Assembly (NCBI GenBank): GCA_017828975.1
Contig: JAGAJN010000038.1
Span: 18,543-82,542 of the forward strand
DNA length: 64,000 bases
DNA from: Oscillospiraceae bacterium
GTDB taxonomy: Bacteria; Bacillota; Clostridia; Oscillospirales; Ruminococcaceae
Reading direction: 5' to 3'
In this document: positions 1 through 9,829 of the stretch, piece after piece
Layout: each line of letters begins with the position of its first letter
Numbering within the stretch: position 1 is the stretch's first letter
Made by a program: the position numbers and the translations under genes
Notes under the pieces: model-generated
Told to the model about the DNA's origin: nothing
The model's database searches: none
What the model saw: the letters and a program-made list of their open reading frames with translations, nothing else

Positions 1-188
1 TTCATTCGCTTGAAGCAGTAGACAAGTGCCAGAAGCAAGCCGGTCATTATTATAAGCCCGTACCATTTTATTGCCAGATCACCGATGAAAAAAGCGTCCT
101 TGTCAACATTTAAACTGATACCAAGCCCCGGGAAAACAATGTTGGTGGGGTCAAGGGGCTGTACCTTTGCAAAAAGATAACTATTCAT
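1..188 (-). CDS. lgt: prolipoprotein diacylglyceryl transferase, N-terminal part (runs off the window)
   Basis: Hand translation from the ATG at 188-186 gives MNSYLFAKVQPLDPTNIVFPGLGISLNVDKDAFFIGDLAIKWYGLIIMTGLLLALVYCFKRM. This shows the FPxLGI...I.WYG.II..G pattern typical of clostridial Lgt N-termini. The ATG overlaps the stop of the upstream peptidase gene. Confidence 0.6.
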   Translation of the reverse strand, partial: MNSYLFAKVQPLDPTNIVFPGLGISLNVDKDAFFIGDLAIKWYGLIIMTGLLLALVYCFKRM

Positions 189-1485
189 CGGAAGCTTCCT
201 CCTCGGACTTAGGTTCGATAATTGAAAGTACCGCCTTTGATGTATCTATGGAGCAAAGCATTTTCTGAGCGTCCTCATAGGTCATATCGGCGATTATCTC
301 CATCTGGTCAAAGGGTGAAACGCCGTCCATATGGGAATTGAGCATAAGGGTCGCTGCGGCTTCCACATTGTCAAGCTCTCTGATAGCTGAACCGTAGAGA
401 GATTTTTTCAAAGCGTTGAAGCTCTCTCTATCAAGGCCTTCGGCTTTGCAGCGTTCGATCTCCTCGATAATTGCCGAGAATACTCTGTGCGGCTCTCTTG
501 ATTCTCCGCCGAAATAGGGACAGAAGAAGCCATCTCCCGAAAATACGTCGGTGTAGAAGGTGGAGTTGATAAGTCCCTCATCGTAATATCTGCGGTAGAA
601 TGATGAGCCTTCATATGCCAGCACGGCAAGGGTGATCTTCGCAGTAATATCTGCTCTCAGACCTTCAAGACCGCTTACGGGCGGCAGCTTGAAGCCGATG
701 TTGAACATTGGAACAGCGACCTCCAGCTTCTGTCTGACCTCAGGCTGTGCAACTGTGTCCGGTTCGTCGCCGAATGAGCAGATGGGGGACACAGGTCTGC
801 CGTCCTTCAGCAGCCTGTCGCATATCTCGATGATCCTGTCCTCGTCAACATTTCCCGCAATACTCAGCACCATATTGTCGAGATTGTAGAATGCGTTATA
901 GCACTGATAAAGCAGCTCCTTGGTTATCTCGCCGATGCTTTCCACAGTTCCGGGAATGTCTATTTTTACGGGGTGAGTATGGTACATTCCGCTCAGCATA
1001 TTGGAGAAAACACGCCAGTCGGGATTGTCCTCATACATCTTTATTTCCTGGGCAATAATGCCTCGTTCCTTTTCTACGTTTTCGTCGGTGAAATAGGGAT
1101 CCTGAACGAAGGAAAGCAGAATTTCCAGCGATTCATAGAAATTATCGGAGCAGGAGAACAGGTAACAGGTCTTGTCAATGCTTGTGTAGGCATTTCCCGA
1201 AGCACCTGTTTTTGCGTACTGTTCAAACACGGGGCAGTCCTCATTCTCGAAAAGCTTATGCTCCAGGTAATGAGCGATTCCATTGGGGACAACGGTGAAA
1301 TCCTTGTCCTCGGGGAGCTTAAAGGTGTTGTTTATAGAACCGTATTTTGTACCGAAAAGGGCGTGAACAGTGCTGTAATCGGGCATTTTCCAAATCATAA
1401 TGGTAAGTCCCGCAGAATGACGGAGCTTGACAAGCTGTTCGCCGCAGCGTTCATTTGAAATTATCTCTTTGTTTACAATGCTCAT
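181..1485 (-). CDS. M16 family zinc peptidase (insulinase-like, active-site subunit)
   Basis: 434-aa ORF with the inverted zinc motif HxxEH (GIAHYLEHKLFE). It overlaps the upstream M16-like gene by 4 bp. Confidence 0.85.
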   Translation of the reverse strand: MSIVNKEIISNERCGEQLVKLRHSAGLTIMIWKMPDYSTVHALFGTKYGSINNTFKLPEDKDFTVVPNGIAHYLEHKLFENEDCPVFEQYAKTGASGNAYTSIDKTCYLFSCSDNFYESLEILLSFVQDPYFTDENVEKERGIIAQEIKMYEDNPDWRVFSNMLSGMYHTHPVKIDIPGTVESIGEITKELLYQCYNAFYNLDNMVLSIAGNVDEDRIIEICDRLLKDGRPVSPICSFGDEPDTVAQPEVRQKLEVAVPMFNIGFKLPPVSGLEGLRADITAKITLAVLAYEGSSFYRRYYDEGLINSTFYTDVFSGDGFFCPYFGGESREPHRVFSAIIEEIERCKAEGLDRESFNALKKSLYGSAIRELDNVEAAATLMLNSHMDGVSPFDQMEIIADMTYEDAQKMLCSIDTSKAVLSIIEPKSEEEASDE

Positions 1486-2765
1486 TCGTCATCACCTGCA
1501 CTTTCATCAAGACCTCTGAGAAGATATTCGGTATCGGGGACAAGGCTTGCAGCAGCTTCCTTCAGCTCGTCCATAGTGACGGCACAGACCTTTGCTGCAA
1601 TTTCCTCGGGATCGTCGGAAATTCCTCTGATACTGTTATTGAAATACCAGCCTGCCAGAGCCTTCGGATAATCGTAATATGCCTTTGCGGAATTGGAGAT
1701 CGCCAGCTTTGCGGCAGACAGCTCGCTTTCGGTGACATTTCCCGCTTTTATCTCCTCAATCTGACGGTTTATCTCGGCTTTCGCAGCTTCTACCTTGTCA
1801 AGGCTTACTCCGCTGTCAACAAAAAGCGTCTTTTTCATCAGATTTACCGAGGACGAACAGTAGTAGCAAAGGCTCAGCTTCTCACGGACATTTGTGAACA
1901 GCTTGGAAACGGGAGTTGCGCCCAGCACCATATTCAGCAGCCTTACAGCGGGTTCATTTTCCGACCTGAACTTATAGGCTAGTATCATCTTGCACTGAAC
2001 AACGTCCAGCTCGTCCTCCGCAGATACAGACTGATGCTTGACGGGAGAGGGGGCTATGATAATATCAGACGGTACCTTTCTGTCGGCGGGCTTGAATGCG
2101 CCGATTATCTTTTCTTCTGCGCCCTCGGGATATTCTCCGCCTGCGAAAATGACCTCTATCTGTGCCTCGGAAATAAGTCTGCGGTACTGTTCGTAAACAG
2201 TCTTGGGAGTGAGTGATTTTGCGGTTTCAAGGGTACCGTTTACGGAATTTGCGGCAGGCTCGCCCTTGTAGACTATCTTTGATGTCTGCATAAAGGCATA
2301 GCTGCGCTTGTCGTTTATCTCGGTAAGTATGTCGTCGATAAGCTCACGGCGTTTCAGCTCAAATTCCTTTTCGGGGAACACGCCGTTTTCCAGAGCGGGT
2401 CTTGTGACACATTCTAAGATGATGTCAATAAGCTGTCCGCAGATATTTTCGCCTTCTAGGGCGTATCTGTCACCGATAGCGGTACCGTTTACCGACAGCG
2501 TCTGATAATCTCCCAGCTTGCCGCAACCGTCATAAACGGTTGAGCCGTAAAGGGCGGTGAGCATACGGTTAAATTCGGTCTGAGATGGGTGGGACTCGCA
2601 GCTTTTTGACAGTATGGACGGTATTATGGAGTTTGCCGAGGCTGTTTCGGGGGAAAGCTTTGTTATCAGCCTGACTGAGAAAAAGTTGGTTTTATATCTT
2701 TTGTCTAATATGACGGAAAAATGTATTCCTCCGCCAAGTTCTTTTCTTTCGTATTGTACGGACAA
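1482..2765 (-). CDS. M16 family peptidase-like protein lacking HxxEH (probable non-catalytic partner)
   Basis: 427-aa ORF with M16-like length and layout, but no HxxEH is visible. It is translationally coupled to the active M16 gene. Confidence 0.7.
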   Translation of the reverse strand: MSVQYERKELGGGIHFSVILDKRYKTNFFSVRLITKLSPETASANSIIPSILSKSCESHPSQTEFNRMLTALYGSTVYDGCGKLGDYQTLSVNGTAIGDRYALEGENICGQLIDIILECVTRPALENGVFPEKEFELKRRELIDDILTEINDKRSYAFMQTSKIVYKGEPAANSVNGTLETAKSLTPKTVYEQYRRLISEAQIEVIFAGGEYPEGAEEKIIGAFKPADRKVPSDIIIAPSPVKHQSVSAEDELDVVQCKMILAYKFRSENEPAVRLLNMVLGATPVSKLFTNVREKLSLCYYCSSSVNLMKKTLFVDSGVSLDKVEAAKAEINRQIEEIKAGNVTESELSAAKLAISNSAKAYYDYPKALAGWYFNNSIRGISDDPEEIAAKVCAVTMDELKEAAASLVPDTEYLLRGLDESAGDDE

Positions 2766-2936
2766 ATAATGCGCCTCATTTCTCTGAAATAATTATACGC
2801 CAAAAGGCATTACCTTTATATTATAACATATACCGAAGAAAATTTCTACTGTTTTCGGAAATTATTTTTTTGTAATATCCCGAAAAATCAAAAATCGTAA
2901 TAATATTTGTGGTTTTATTAAGTTTTTAAGAAAATA

Positions 2937-2963
2937 TTGACTTTTACTGCAAATTGGTATAAT
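2937..2963 (+). promoter_or_regulatory. candidate sigma-A promoter for alaS (extended -10)
   Basis: TTGACT at 2937-2942 and TGgTATAAT at 2955-2963. The spacer is only 15 nt, so the -35 assignment is uncertain. Confidence 0.45.
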
Positions 2964-3070
2964 ATATATTATGTATGGATTGCGGAGTATTTTGGGCGTG
3001 CAGCAAGCCTTTCTCCGCCTAAAAATTTATGCGGCAGGCTGCGTGCCGCAATTTGGAGAGTAAGATCAAT

Positions 3071-5704
3071 ATGAAATGGACCGGACTTAATGATTTAAGA
3101 GAAAAATATCTTTCGTTCTTTGAAAGCAAGGGACATACCCGTCTGCCCAGCTATTCTCTTATCCCTCACGGCGATAAGAGCCTTCTGCTGATAAACAGCG
3201 GTATGGCACCTATGAAGAAGTACTTCCTCGGACAGGAAACCCCTCCCAATGTAAGGGTAACTACCTGCCAGAAATGTATCAGAACGCCCGATATTGAGCG
3301 TGTCGGCATCACTGCACGTCATGGCACATATTTTGAAATGCTCGGAAACTTCTCCTTCGGCGACTATTTCAAGGAAGAAGCTATCGAATGGGCTTGGGAG
3401 TTCCTGACCAAAACTCTGGAGATACCCGCCGACAGACTTTGGATAACCATCTTCGAGAGTGACGACGAAGCAGAGCAGATCTGGGAAAATAAGATCGGTA
3501 TCCCTCATGACAGGATAGTTCGTCTTGGCAAGGCGGATAACTTCTGGGAGCACGGAAGCGGTCCCTGCGGACCCTGCTCGGAAATTCACTTCGACAGAGG
3601 AGAAAAGTACGGTCCCTTCGAGAGCTTTGAGCAGGCAAGCGACTGTGACAGAATTATCGAGATATGGAACCTTGTATTCTCTCAGTTCGACAGTGACGGA
3701 AACGGCAACTATGCTCTCATGGAGAAGAAGAATATCGACACGGGTATGGGTCTGGAAAGACTAGCTTGCGTAATGCAGGACGTTGATAATCTGTTTGAGG
3801 TCGATACCGTTCAGAATATAATGAAGCATATCGCAAAGATAGCAGGCGTTGAGTACAAGAAGAACGAAAAGACCGACATTTCCCTGAGAGTTATCACCGA
3901 CCATATCAGAAGCACAACATTTATGGTAGGCGACGGTGTTACTCCTTCCAACGGAGGCAGAGGCTACGTTCTCCGCAGACTGCTTAGAAGAGCAGCACGT
4001 CACGGCAGACTTTTGGGAATTACAAGACCTTTCCTTTGTGAGGTAGCAGATACCGTTATCAACGAAAATGCGTCTGCATATCCCGAGCTTGCTGAAAAGC
4101 GTGAGATGATAAAGAATGCTATCCGTGCCGAGGAGGAGTCCTTCGCAAAGACCATTGATAAGGGACTTGCTATCCTCAACGAAAAGCTTGACGCTGTTAA
4201 GAGTGCAGGCGGAAAGATTCTCAGCGGTGAGGACGTATTCCTGCTGAGCGATACCTACGGTTTCCCCTTTGACCTTACTCTTGAAATTGCCGCAGAAAAG
4301 GGCATTGAACTGGACGAAGCACGTTTCAGAGAGCTGCTTGCCGAGCAGAAGAAGAGAGCTAAGGACGACCACAATGCAAAATCCGGTTCTTCATGGGACG
4401 AAAACACTATTAAGGTTGACGCTCCCGCTACCGAGTTTGTCGGATATACCGATTATATGGAGCCTGTTTCCGCAAAGGTTATCGCTGCATTTGTAAACGG
4501 CGAAAGCGTAAATATGGTAAATGACGGCGATGATGCTGTTATCGTTCTTGACAAGACTCCTTTCTATGCTGAAAGCGGCGGACAGGTCGGCGATACGGGC
4601 GTGCTGAAGGCTGATACAAGAGCATTTGTTGTAAGCGACACCAAGAAGCTGGCTAGCGGTCATTATATGCACATCGGTACTGCCGAGGGTGCTATTTCCG
4701 TCGGAGATATCGTTTCCGCTCAGTTGGACACAGAGCGCAGACTTGCTGTTATGCGTAATCACACAGCTGCTCATCTGCTCCAGAATGCTCTCAGAAAGGT
4801 TCTGGGCGATCACGTTCATCAGGCAGGTCAGTTGGTTGACGGCGAAAAGGTTCGTTTTGACTTTACACATTTCAGCGGAGTTTCCCACGAGGAGCTTGCT
4901 AAGATAGAAAATCTCGTAAATGCCGATATTCTCGCAGCATTCCCCGTAACAATGACCGAAATGCCTATCGAGGAAGCTAAGAAGCTGGGCGCAATGGCTC
5001 TCTTCGGAGAAAAGTACGGCGATGTTGTAAGAGTTGTCAAGGCTCACGATTCCATCGAATTCTGCGGCGGTACTCATATTGACAGCACCGCAAAGCTGGG
5101 ACTTTTCAAGATAGTTTCCGAAGCCTCCGCAGCAGCAGGTGTAAGACGTATCGAAGCTGTTACCGGCACAGGCGTGCTCGATATGATCGCGGGCTACAAG
5201 TCTTGCCTTGAAAGCTCCGCAGCTGCTCTGAAGCTTGCAAATCCCTCCGAACTGCCCGTTAAGTGCGCTGCAGTTATGAACGAGATGAAGGGACTTGAAA
5301 AGGAGATCTCCGAGCTTAGCGGCACAATAGCATCCACAAGAACAGAAAGCCTTGTTTCTTCCGCTTCCGATGTAAACGGTGTTAAGGTGATGACAGGAAT
5401 TTTCGAGAACACCAAGACCGATGTCCTCAGAACAATGGGTGATAAGGTCAAGGACAAATATCCCGATGCGGTGGCTGTTCTTGCGGCTGTAAACGGCAAT
5501 TCCGCACAGTTCCTCTGCGTATGCGGCAAGGACGCTCTTTCCAAGGGTGCTCACGCAGGCAAGATCGTTCAGAAGGTTTCTGCTGTTACAGGCGGTAAGG
5601 GCGGCGGACGTCCCGACAGTGCTATGGCAGGTGCGGGAGATGTTTCCAAGGTTTCCGAAGCTGTAAATTCCGTTAAGAATATTGTTTCCGAATTTATCGG
5701 TTGA
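3071..5704 (+). CDS. alaS: alanine--tRNA ligase
   Basis: Start moved to MKWTGLNDLREKYLSFFESKGH, a typical AlaRS N-terminus. The editing-domain HxxxH motif is present (HTAAHLL), as are the C-terminal DHHA1-like GGKGGGRPD and the expected length. Confidence 0.95.
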   Translation: MKWTGLNDLREKYLSFFESKGHTRLPSYSLIPHGDKSLLLINSGMAPMKKYFLGQETPPNVRVTTCQKCIRTPDIERVGITARHGTYFEMLGNFSFGDYFKEEAIEWAWEFLTKTLEIPADRLWITIFESDDEAEQIWENKIGIPHDRIVRLGKADNFWEHGSGPCGPCSEIHFDRGEKYGPFESFEQASDCDRIIEIWNLVFSQFDSDGNGNYALMEKKNIDTGMGLERLACVMQDVDNLFEVDTVQNIMKHIAKIAGVEYKKNEKTDISLRVITDHIRSTTFMVGDGVTPSNGGRGYVLRRLLRRAARHGRLLGITRPFLCEVADTVINENASAYPELAEKREMIKNAIRAEEESFAKTIDKGLAILNEKLDAVKSAGGKILSGEDVFLLSDTYGFPFDLTLEIAAEKGIELDEARFRELLAEQKKRAKDDHNAKSGSSWDENTIKVDAPATEFVGYTDYMEPVSAKVIAAFVNGESVNMVNDGDDAVIVLDKTPFYAESGGQVGDTGVLKADTRAFVVSDTKKLASGHYMHIGTAEGAISVGDIVSAQLDTERRLAVMRNHTAAHLLQNALRKVLGDHVHQAGQLVDGEKVRFDFTHFSGVSHEELAKIENLVNADILAAFPVTMTEMPIEEAKKLGAMALFGEKYGDVVRVVKAHDSIEFCGGTHIDSTAKLGLFKIVSEASAAAGVRRIEAVTGTGVLDMIAGYKSCLESSAAALKLANPSELPVKCAAVMNEMKGLEKEISELSGTIASTRTESLVSSASDVNGVKVMTGIFENTKTDVLRTMGDKVKDKYPDAVAVLAAVNGNSAQFLCVCGKDALSKGAHAGKIVQKVSAVTGGKGGGRPDSAMAGAGDVSKVSEAVNSVKNIVSEFIG

Positions 5705-5722
5705 TTTGAAAGGGTGAATTGT

Positions 5723-6064
5723 ATGGAAGATTGTCTTTTCTGTAAAATTGCAGCAGGGGAGATACCCAGCAAGAAGATCTACGAGGACGATTTAGTGTAC
5801 GTTTTCGAGGATATTGCTCCCACCGCTCCTATCCATTATCTGCTTATTCCCAAGACACATATAAAGAGTGCTGCCGAGGTCGCAGCGGAAAATTCTGCGC
5901 TGGTCGGTCATATCTTTGAGGTCATTGCGAAGCTTGCGAAGGATTTGAAGCTTGATGACGGTTTCCGTGTTGTCACCAACTGCGGTGACAGCGCAGGTCA
6001 GACCGTTAAGCATCTGCATTTCCATCTGCTGGCAGGTCGTGAATTCGGCTGGCCCGCAGGCTGA
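5723..6064 (+). CDS. HIT family (histidine triad) protein
   Basis: HLHFHLLAG histidine triad near the C-terminus. Start set at the ATG downstream of AAAGGG. Confidence 0.85.
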   Translation: MEDCLFCKIAAGEIPSKKIYEDDLVYVFEDIAPTAPIHYLLIPKTHIKSAAEVAAENSALVGHIFEVIAKLAKDLKLDDGFRVVTNCGDSAGQTVKHLHFHLLAGREFGWPAG

Positions 6065-6079
6065 TGGGAGGTAGATAAA

Positions 6080-6619
6080 ATGGCTGAATTTTACGAGATG
6101 ACCATTGCAGGCTGCAAGCGTAAGCTGCCTATTTGTGCGGTAAATGACAAGCTTGATATTGCGGCGTTCATTATGTTTTCGGACGTTGAGATAACGGTAG
6201 CGTCCGCAAAGGAGCTTGCCGCAAAAGCTCCCGAATGTGATGTTATTGTGACAGCAGAGTGTAAAGGTATACCCCTTGCCTATGAAATGGCAAAGCAGAT
6301 GAATATCCCATATATTGTGGCTAGAAAGTCCACAAAGTTGTATATGAAGGATCCTGTATCTGTAAAGGTCAAATCCATTACAACTGAAAATGAGCAGACT
6401 CTCTACATAGGCGCAGATGAAGCTGAAATGCTTCACGGCAAACGTGTGCTTATCGCCGATGATGTTATCAGTACAGGTGAAAGCCTTGCCGCAGTAGAAA
6501 AGCTTGTTGAGCACGCAGGCGGCATTATTGCAGGAAAGTGCGCTGTTCTTGCCGAGGGAGATGCTGCCGACAGGACTGATATATTCTATCTGGAAAAGCT
6601 TCCGCTGTTTTTTAAATAA
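6080..6619 (+). CDS. phosphoribosyltransferase family protein (purine/adenine PRT-like)
   Basis: PRPP-binding motif VLIADDVISTGESL. GGGAGG Shine-Dalgarno upstream. Confidence 0.75.
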   Translation: MAEFYEMTIAGCKRKLPICAVNDKLDIAAFIMFSDVEITVASAKELAAKAPECDVIVTAECKGIPLAYEMAKQMNIPYIVARKSTKLYMKDPVSVKVKSITTENEQTLYIGADEAEMLHGKRVLIADDVISTGESLAAVEKLVEHAGGIIAGKCAVLAEGDAADRTDIFYLEKLPLFFK

Positions 6620-6640
6620 GGCGGATTTGGAGGAGTAAAA

Positions 6641-8779
6641 ATGGTGCGGAAAATGGCATATATCGGTTTTTCGTTTATTGCCGGTATGTTTTTCGCATCA
6701 TTTTTTTCGTTGTATGTTACTGTCGCGGTTTTTGGCAGCGCTGCAGCAATTTCGGCGGTGTTCTTTGCGGTCAAGCGTAGGAAACGTCCTCACAAGGCTG
6801 ACGGACAGTTAATAATGACGCTGACTGTTTGCATTATATCGGCTTCGGTCGGTGTTCTGCGGTACAGCATCTATAATACGTATGTGTACAATAAAACGGT
6901 CGCATTTGACGGGCAGCAGGTATGCTTTTCGGGGCAGATAACCGAATGTAAGCTGCTTTCTTCAGGAACTGCCATATATACTGCTAAGGGGAAGATCAAC
7001 GGAGAAGTCGGAGCGACAGTCAGCTTCTTTTCCGGTAATTCTACCTATGAGATTTCCGATCATGCCGATGTTACAGGGACTTGCCGCAGACTGGAGGACA
7101 GCTGGAAATTTCCCGAAAAAAGCTACTATAAGCCCAAAGGAATATATGTAAAGCTTACGGACATTACAGCCGAAAGCTTCACTTCCAACAATAAATTTTC
7201 CCTGAAAAAGACACTTTGCGGCTATCGGGATAAGATTTGCGGGAAAATCAAAAGCGCCCTTGCCGAACGTGAAGCAGCAGTTGTTCTTGCAATGGTTTTC
7301 GGCGAAAAATCCGGGCTGGACAGCTTTGACAAGCTTTGCTTTTACCGTTCGGGAATCGGTCATATAATGGCAGTTTCGGGTACTCATATGGTGCTGATTG
7401 CGGGATTTGCTATTGCCGTTCTGGGCTTTTTGCCGCTGGGACCCGCGGAACGGTTTGTTTTGCTTTTTTTCGTTATAACGCCCTTTGCTATCATGTCGGG
7501 ACTTACGCCGTCTGTTATACGCTCGGCGGTGATGATCTTCATCGTTTACAGCGGAACGGCGTTGGGACGGCAGAGTGACACTTTGAATTCACTTGGAATT
7601 GCGGCGTTAATTCTGGCGGGAATAAATCCTTTTTGTATTCGTGATCCGTCATTCCTGATGTCTTTTGCCGGGGTTATCGGGATTTCCGTGATCGCTCCCG
7701 CTATTTCAAAGGCGGTCGATGAATGCTTTAAGACGGAGAAAACGCTTGATTTTCTTATAGTCCCGCTTGGTGCGGCTATCGCTGTATATCCCGTGTCGGT
7801 TTTCTTTTTTGATGAACTTTCGGTCGTTTCGCCCATCGTTCAGATACTGCTGATGCCCATATGCACTCTGATACTGTTCTGCGGCTTTGCCTTTATGGTG
7901 ACGGGCGGGACGATAGGCGTTTTGCTGCTGCCTGCGGGCTCGGCGGCGCATATTGTTCTGAATGTCTGCCGATTTTTCGGAACAAAGCAGTGGTCGTATC
8001 TTCCGCTTCAGGGCGAACTTCCGAAGGTTATGGCAGCAGCTGTCATTATTGCGGCGGTTGCTGTGGGATTTATGAAGGGGAGATCTGCTGCGGCGTGGGC
8101 TTCGGCGGCAATGTTTGCTGTGATGATAACAACATTGTCTGTTGACCGAATGAATATAGGCGGCAGGGTTACGGCTGCCGTTATCGGTGATACGAAATCG
8201 TCGGTATGTATTGTTCATGACGGATATAAGGCGATAGTTATTGACCTGAATTACGGTGAGAAATGTGCTTCTGCAGCGGCGGATTATCTTTATGGTTACG
8301 GAATCAATACTGTTGATATGCTTGTTCTGCCGAGAGGTGCATATCCCCAAGACAAAGCATTTACCGAAAGCTTTGAGCATTTTGATCTGGGAATGGTTGC
8401 TGTACCGAAAGGACGGCTTGCAGATGAGGATACATTTAAAATTGTTCAGTCTGAGTTTTCTTATGGCAGTGCCGAGATCGACAATGATTTTGCGGCTGTT
8501 TTGCCTGTTTCAAAGACTGATATTGCTGTAAAGCTTAACGGCATTACATTACTTTTGACGGAAGATCCGCAGATTGCAGACAGATTTATGGCATATCCGG
8601 ATATATTGGTATGCTATGGCAAAAGTGACGCTGATTTGGGAAATGAACGGACAGTATATTCCGAAAACAGATTGTTTCTTTCAGATGAAAATACCTTGTA
8701 TGGTGTAAATGCAGAATACTTTACATATCCCGATGGAAGAATAAAAACGGAGGTGATAAGCTTTGGCGGCAGTTACTGA
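6641..8779 (+). CDS. comEC: ComEC/Rec2 family membrane protein with degenerate C-terminal metallo-beta-lactamase region
   Basis: 712 aa with a polytopic competence domain (GIGHIMAVSGTHM...). It sits in the conserved position just upstream of holA. The C-terminal region lacks HxHxDH. Confidence 0.8.
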   Translation: MVRKMAYIGFSFIAGMFFASFFSLYVTVAVFGSAAAISAVFFAVKRRKRPHKADGQLIMTLTVCIISASVGVLRYSIYNTYVYNKTVAFDGQQVCFSGQITECKLLSSGTAIYTAKGKINGEVGATVSFFSGNSTYEISDHADVTGTCRRLEDSWKFPEKSYYKPKGIYVKLTDITAESFTSNNKFSLKKTLCGYRDKICGKIKSALAEREAAVVLAMVFGEKSGLDSFDKLCFYRSGIGHIMAVSGTHMVLIAGFAIAVLGFLPLGPAERFVLLFFVITPFAIMSGLTPSVIRSAVMIFIVYSGTALGRQSDTLNSLGIAALILAGINPFCIRDPSFLMSFAGVIGISVIAPAISKAVDECFKTEKTLDFLIVPLGAAIAVYPVSVFFFDELSVVSPIVQILLMPICTLILFCGFAFMVTGGTIGVLLLPAGSAAHIVLNVCRFFGTKQWSYLPLQGELPKVMAAAVIIAAVAVGFMKGRSAAAWASAAMFAVMITTLSVDRMNIGGRVTAAVIGDTKSSVCIVHDGYKAIVIDLNYGEKCASAAADYLYGYGINTVDMLVLPRGAYPQDKAFTESFEHFDLGMVAVPKGRLADEDTFKIVQSEFSYGSAEIDNDFAAVLPVSKTDIAVKLNGITLLLTEDPQIADRFMAYPDILVCYGKSDADLGNERTVYSENRLFLSDENTLYGVNAEYFTYPDGRIKTEVISFGGSY

Positions 8780-9815
8780 CAAGGAACTGTTCTCTGCACT
8801 CAGAAGCGGAGATTATTCAAATGTTTATTGGTTTTACGGGCACGATTTTGATTCGGTGGAGAAATGCGCAAAGCAGCTTATGAAAAAAATCGTGGGCAAG
8901 GACGGCGAAGCTTATAATCTCCACAGCTTTCAGGGAGATGATCTTGATGTAGGCGAGCTTTTGGATTCCTGCGAAATGCTGCCGTTTTTTGCCGAACGAC
9001 AGTGTTGCACCGTCTGCGATATAAATGCGGAGCAGCTTCCTGCCGAGGACAATAAGGCGCTTCTCTCGTTGGTTGCCGACCTTCCGAAAGAAACTGTGCT
9101 TATTTTCTATAACACCTCTGTGGATATTTGCGGCGGAAAAAAAGTGCCGACGGCAAAGAACAAAAAGCTGCTTGACGCCGTTGCAAAATACGGAACTACA
9201 TGCTGTTTTGAGCTGAAAACGCCTGCGGAGCTTTCGAAAACTATCTGTTCCCGTGCCGCTAAGCTTGGCTGCAGCATATCGCCGCAGGATGCTGCATATC
9301 TGGCGGAGCTTTACAATTCAAATATGGTCATGCTTTCAAATGAGCTGGAAAAGCTGGCTTCTTATGCAAATGGCGGTGAGATAACACGGGAGATCATTGA
9401 TATGCTGTCGGCAGATCAGCTTTCGTCAACGATTTTTGACCTGTCCAAGGCAATTGCACTTTTTGACACCAAAAAGGCACTCAGACTGATGGACGAGCTG
9501 TTTTTGCAAAAGACCGAACCTATATCCCTGCTTTATGCGGTAACATCGTCGCTGCTGGATATGTATCGGGCAAGGGCTGCGCTTAATGCGGGAAAGTATA
9601 TCGATGATATTGTAAGGGATTTTGGATATCCGAAAAACAGGGAATTCCTTGTAAAAAATGCTGTACGTGATGTTCGCAGCATTCCTGCGGGACGGCTGAG
9701 AAGGTGCGTGATGATAGCTGCGGAAACCGACCGTATCATGAAATCTTCATCGGGAGATCAGCAGGTCATTTTACAGGAGGCTGTTGTGAAAATGTCAGCT
9801 GCCCCAAGAAATTAA
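8763..9815 (+). CDS. holA: DNA polymerase III delta subunit
   Basis: 350 aa with a TTG start overlapping the comEC end by 17 nt. Conserved comEC-holA synteny and a delta-like N-terminal region. Confidence 0.7.
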   Translation: MAAVTDKELFSALRSGDYSNVYWFYGHDFDSVEKCAKQLMKKIVGKDGEAYNLHSFQGDDLDVGELLDSCEMLPFFAERQCCTVCDINAEQLPAEDNKALLSLVADLPKETVLIFYNTSVDICGGKKVPTAKNKKLLDAVAKYGTTCCFELKTPAELSKTICSRAAKLGCSISPQDAAYLAELYNSNMVMLSNELEKLASYANGGEITREIIDMLSADQLSSTIFDLSKAIALFDTKKALRLMDELFLQKTEPISLLYAVTSSLLDMYRARAALNAGKYIDDIVRDFGYPKNREFLVKNAVRDVRSIPAGRLRRCVMIAAETDRIMKSSSGDQQVILQEAVVKMSAAPRN

Positions 9816-9829
9816 CGGGAGGAGATCTT

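Noticed and set aside
2950-2977. dif-like sequence AATTGGTATAATATATATTATGTATGGA (about 20 of 28 matches to the Bacillus dif ACTTCCTAGAATATATATTATGTAAACT)
   Set aside because: The matching core is just an extended -10 plus AT-rich discriminator. The same TGGTATAATATATAT 15-mer recurs at 18397-18411 upstream of the PBP gene. The outer XerC/XerD arm positions do not match.
2964-3070. Possible T-box leader upstream of alaS
   Set aside because: The leader is only about 100 nt. It has two simple hairpins (GCGGAG/CTCCGC and TGCGGCA/TGCCGCA) but no T-box consensus sequence or terminator/antiterminator pair that I can read.
4391-5554. 387-aa ORF antisense to alaS, with other overlapping ORFs in 3095-5772
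   Set aside because: It lies entirely inside the strongly supported alaS frame. The product is low-complexity and Cys/Ser-rich with no motifs and no Shine-Dalgarno sequence. It looks like a typical stop-poor antisense frame.
5792-8380. 240-aa (5792-6514) and 224-aa (7706-8380) minus-strand ORFs over the HIT/PRT and comEC genes
   Set aside because: They overlap well-supported plus-strand genes. Their compositions (Arg/Cys/His-rich) are typical of non-coding frames.
9704-9829. Upstream extension of the Toprim-domain ORF into holA
   Set aside because: It overlaps the holA 3-prime end in another frame. GGGAGGAG followed by the GTG at 9830 gives a Toprim protein of normal length.
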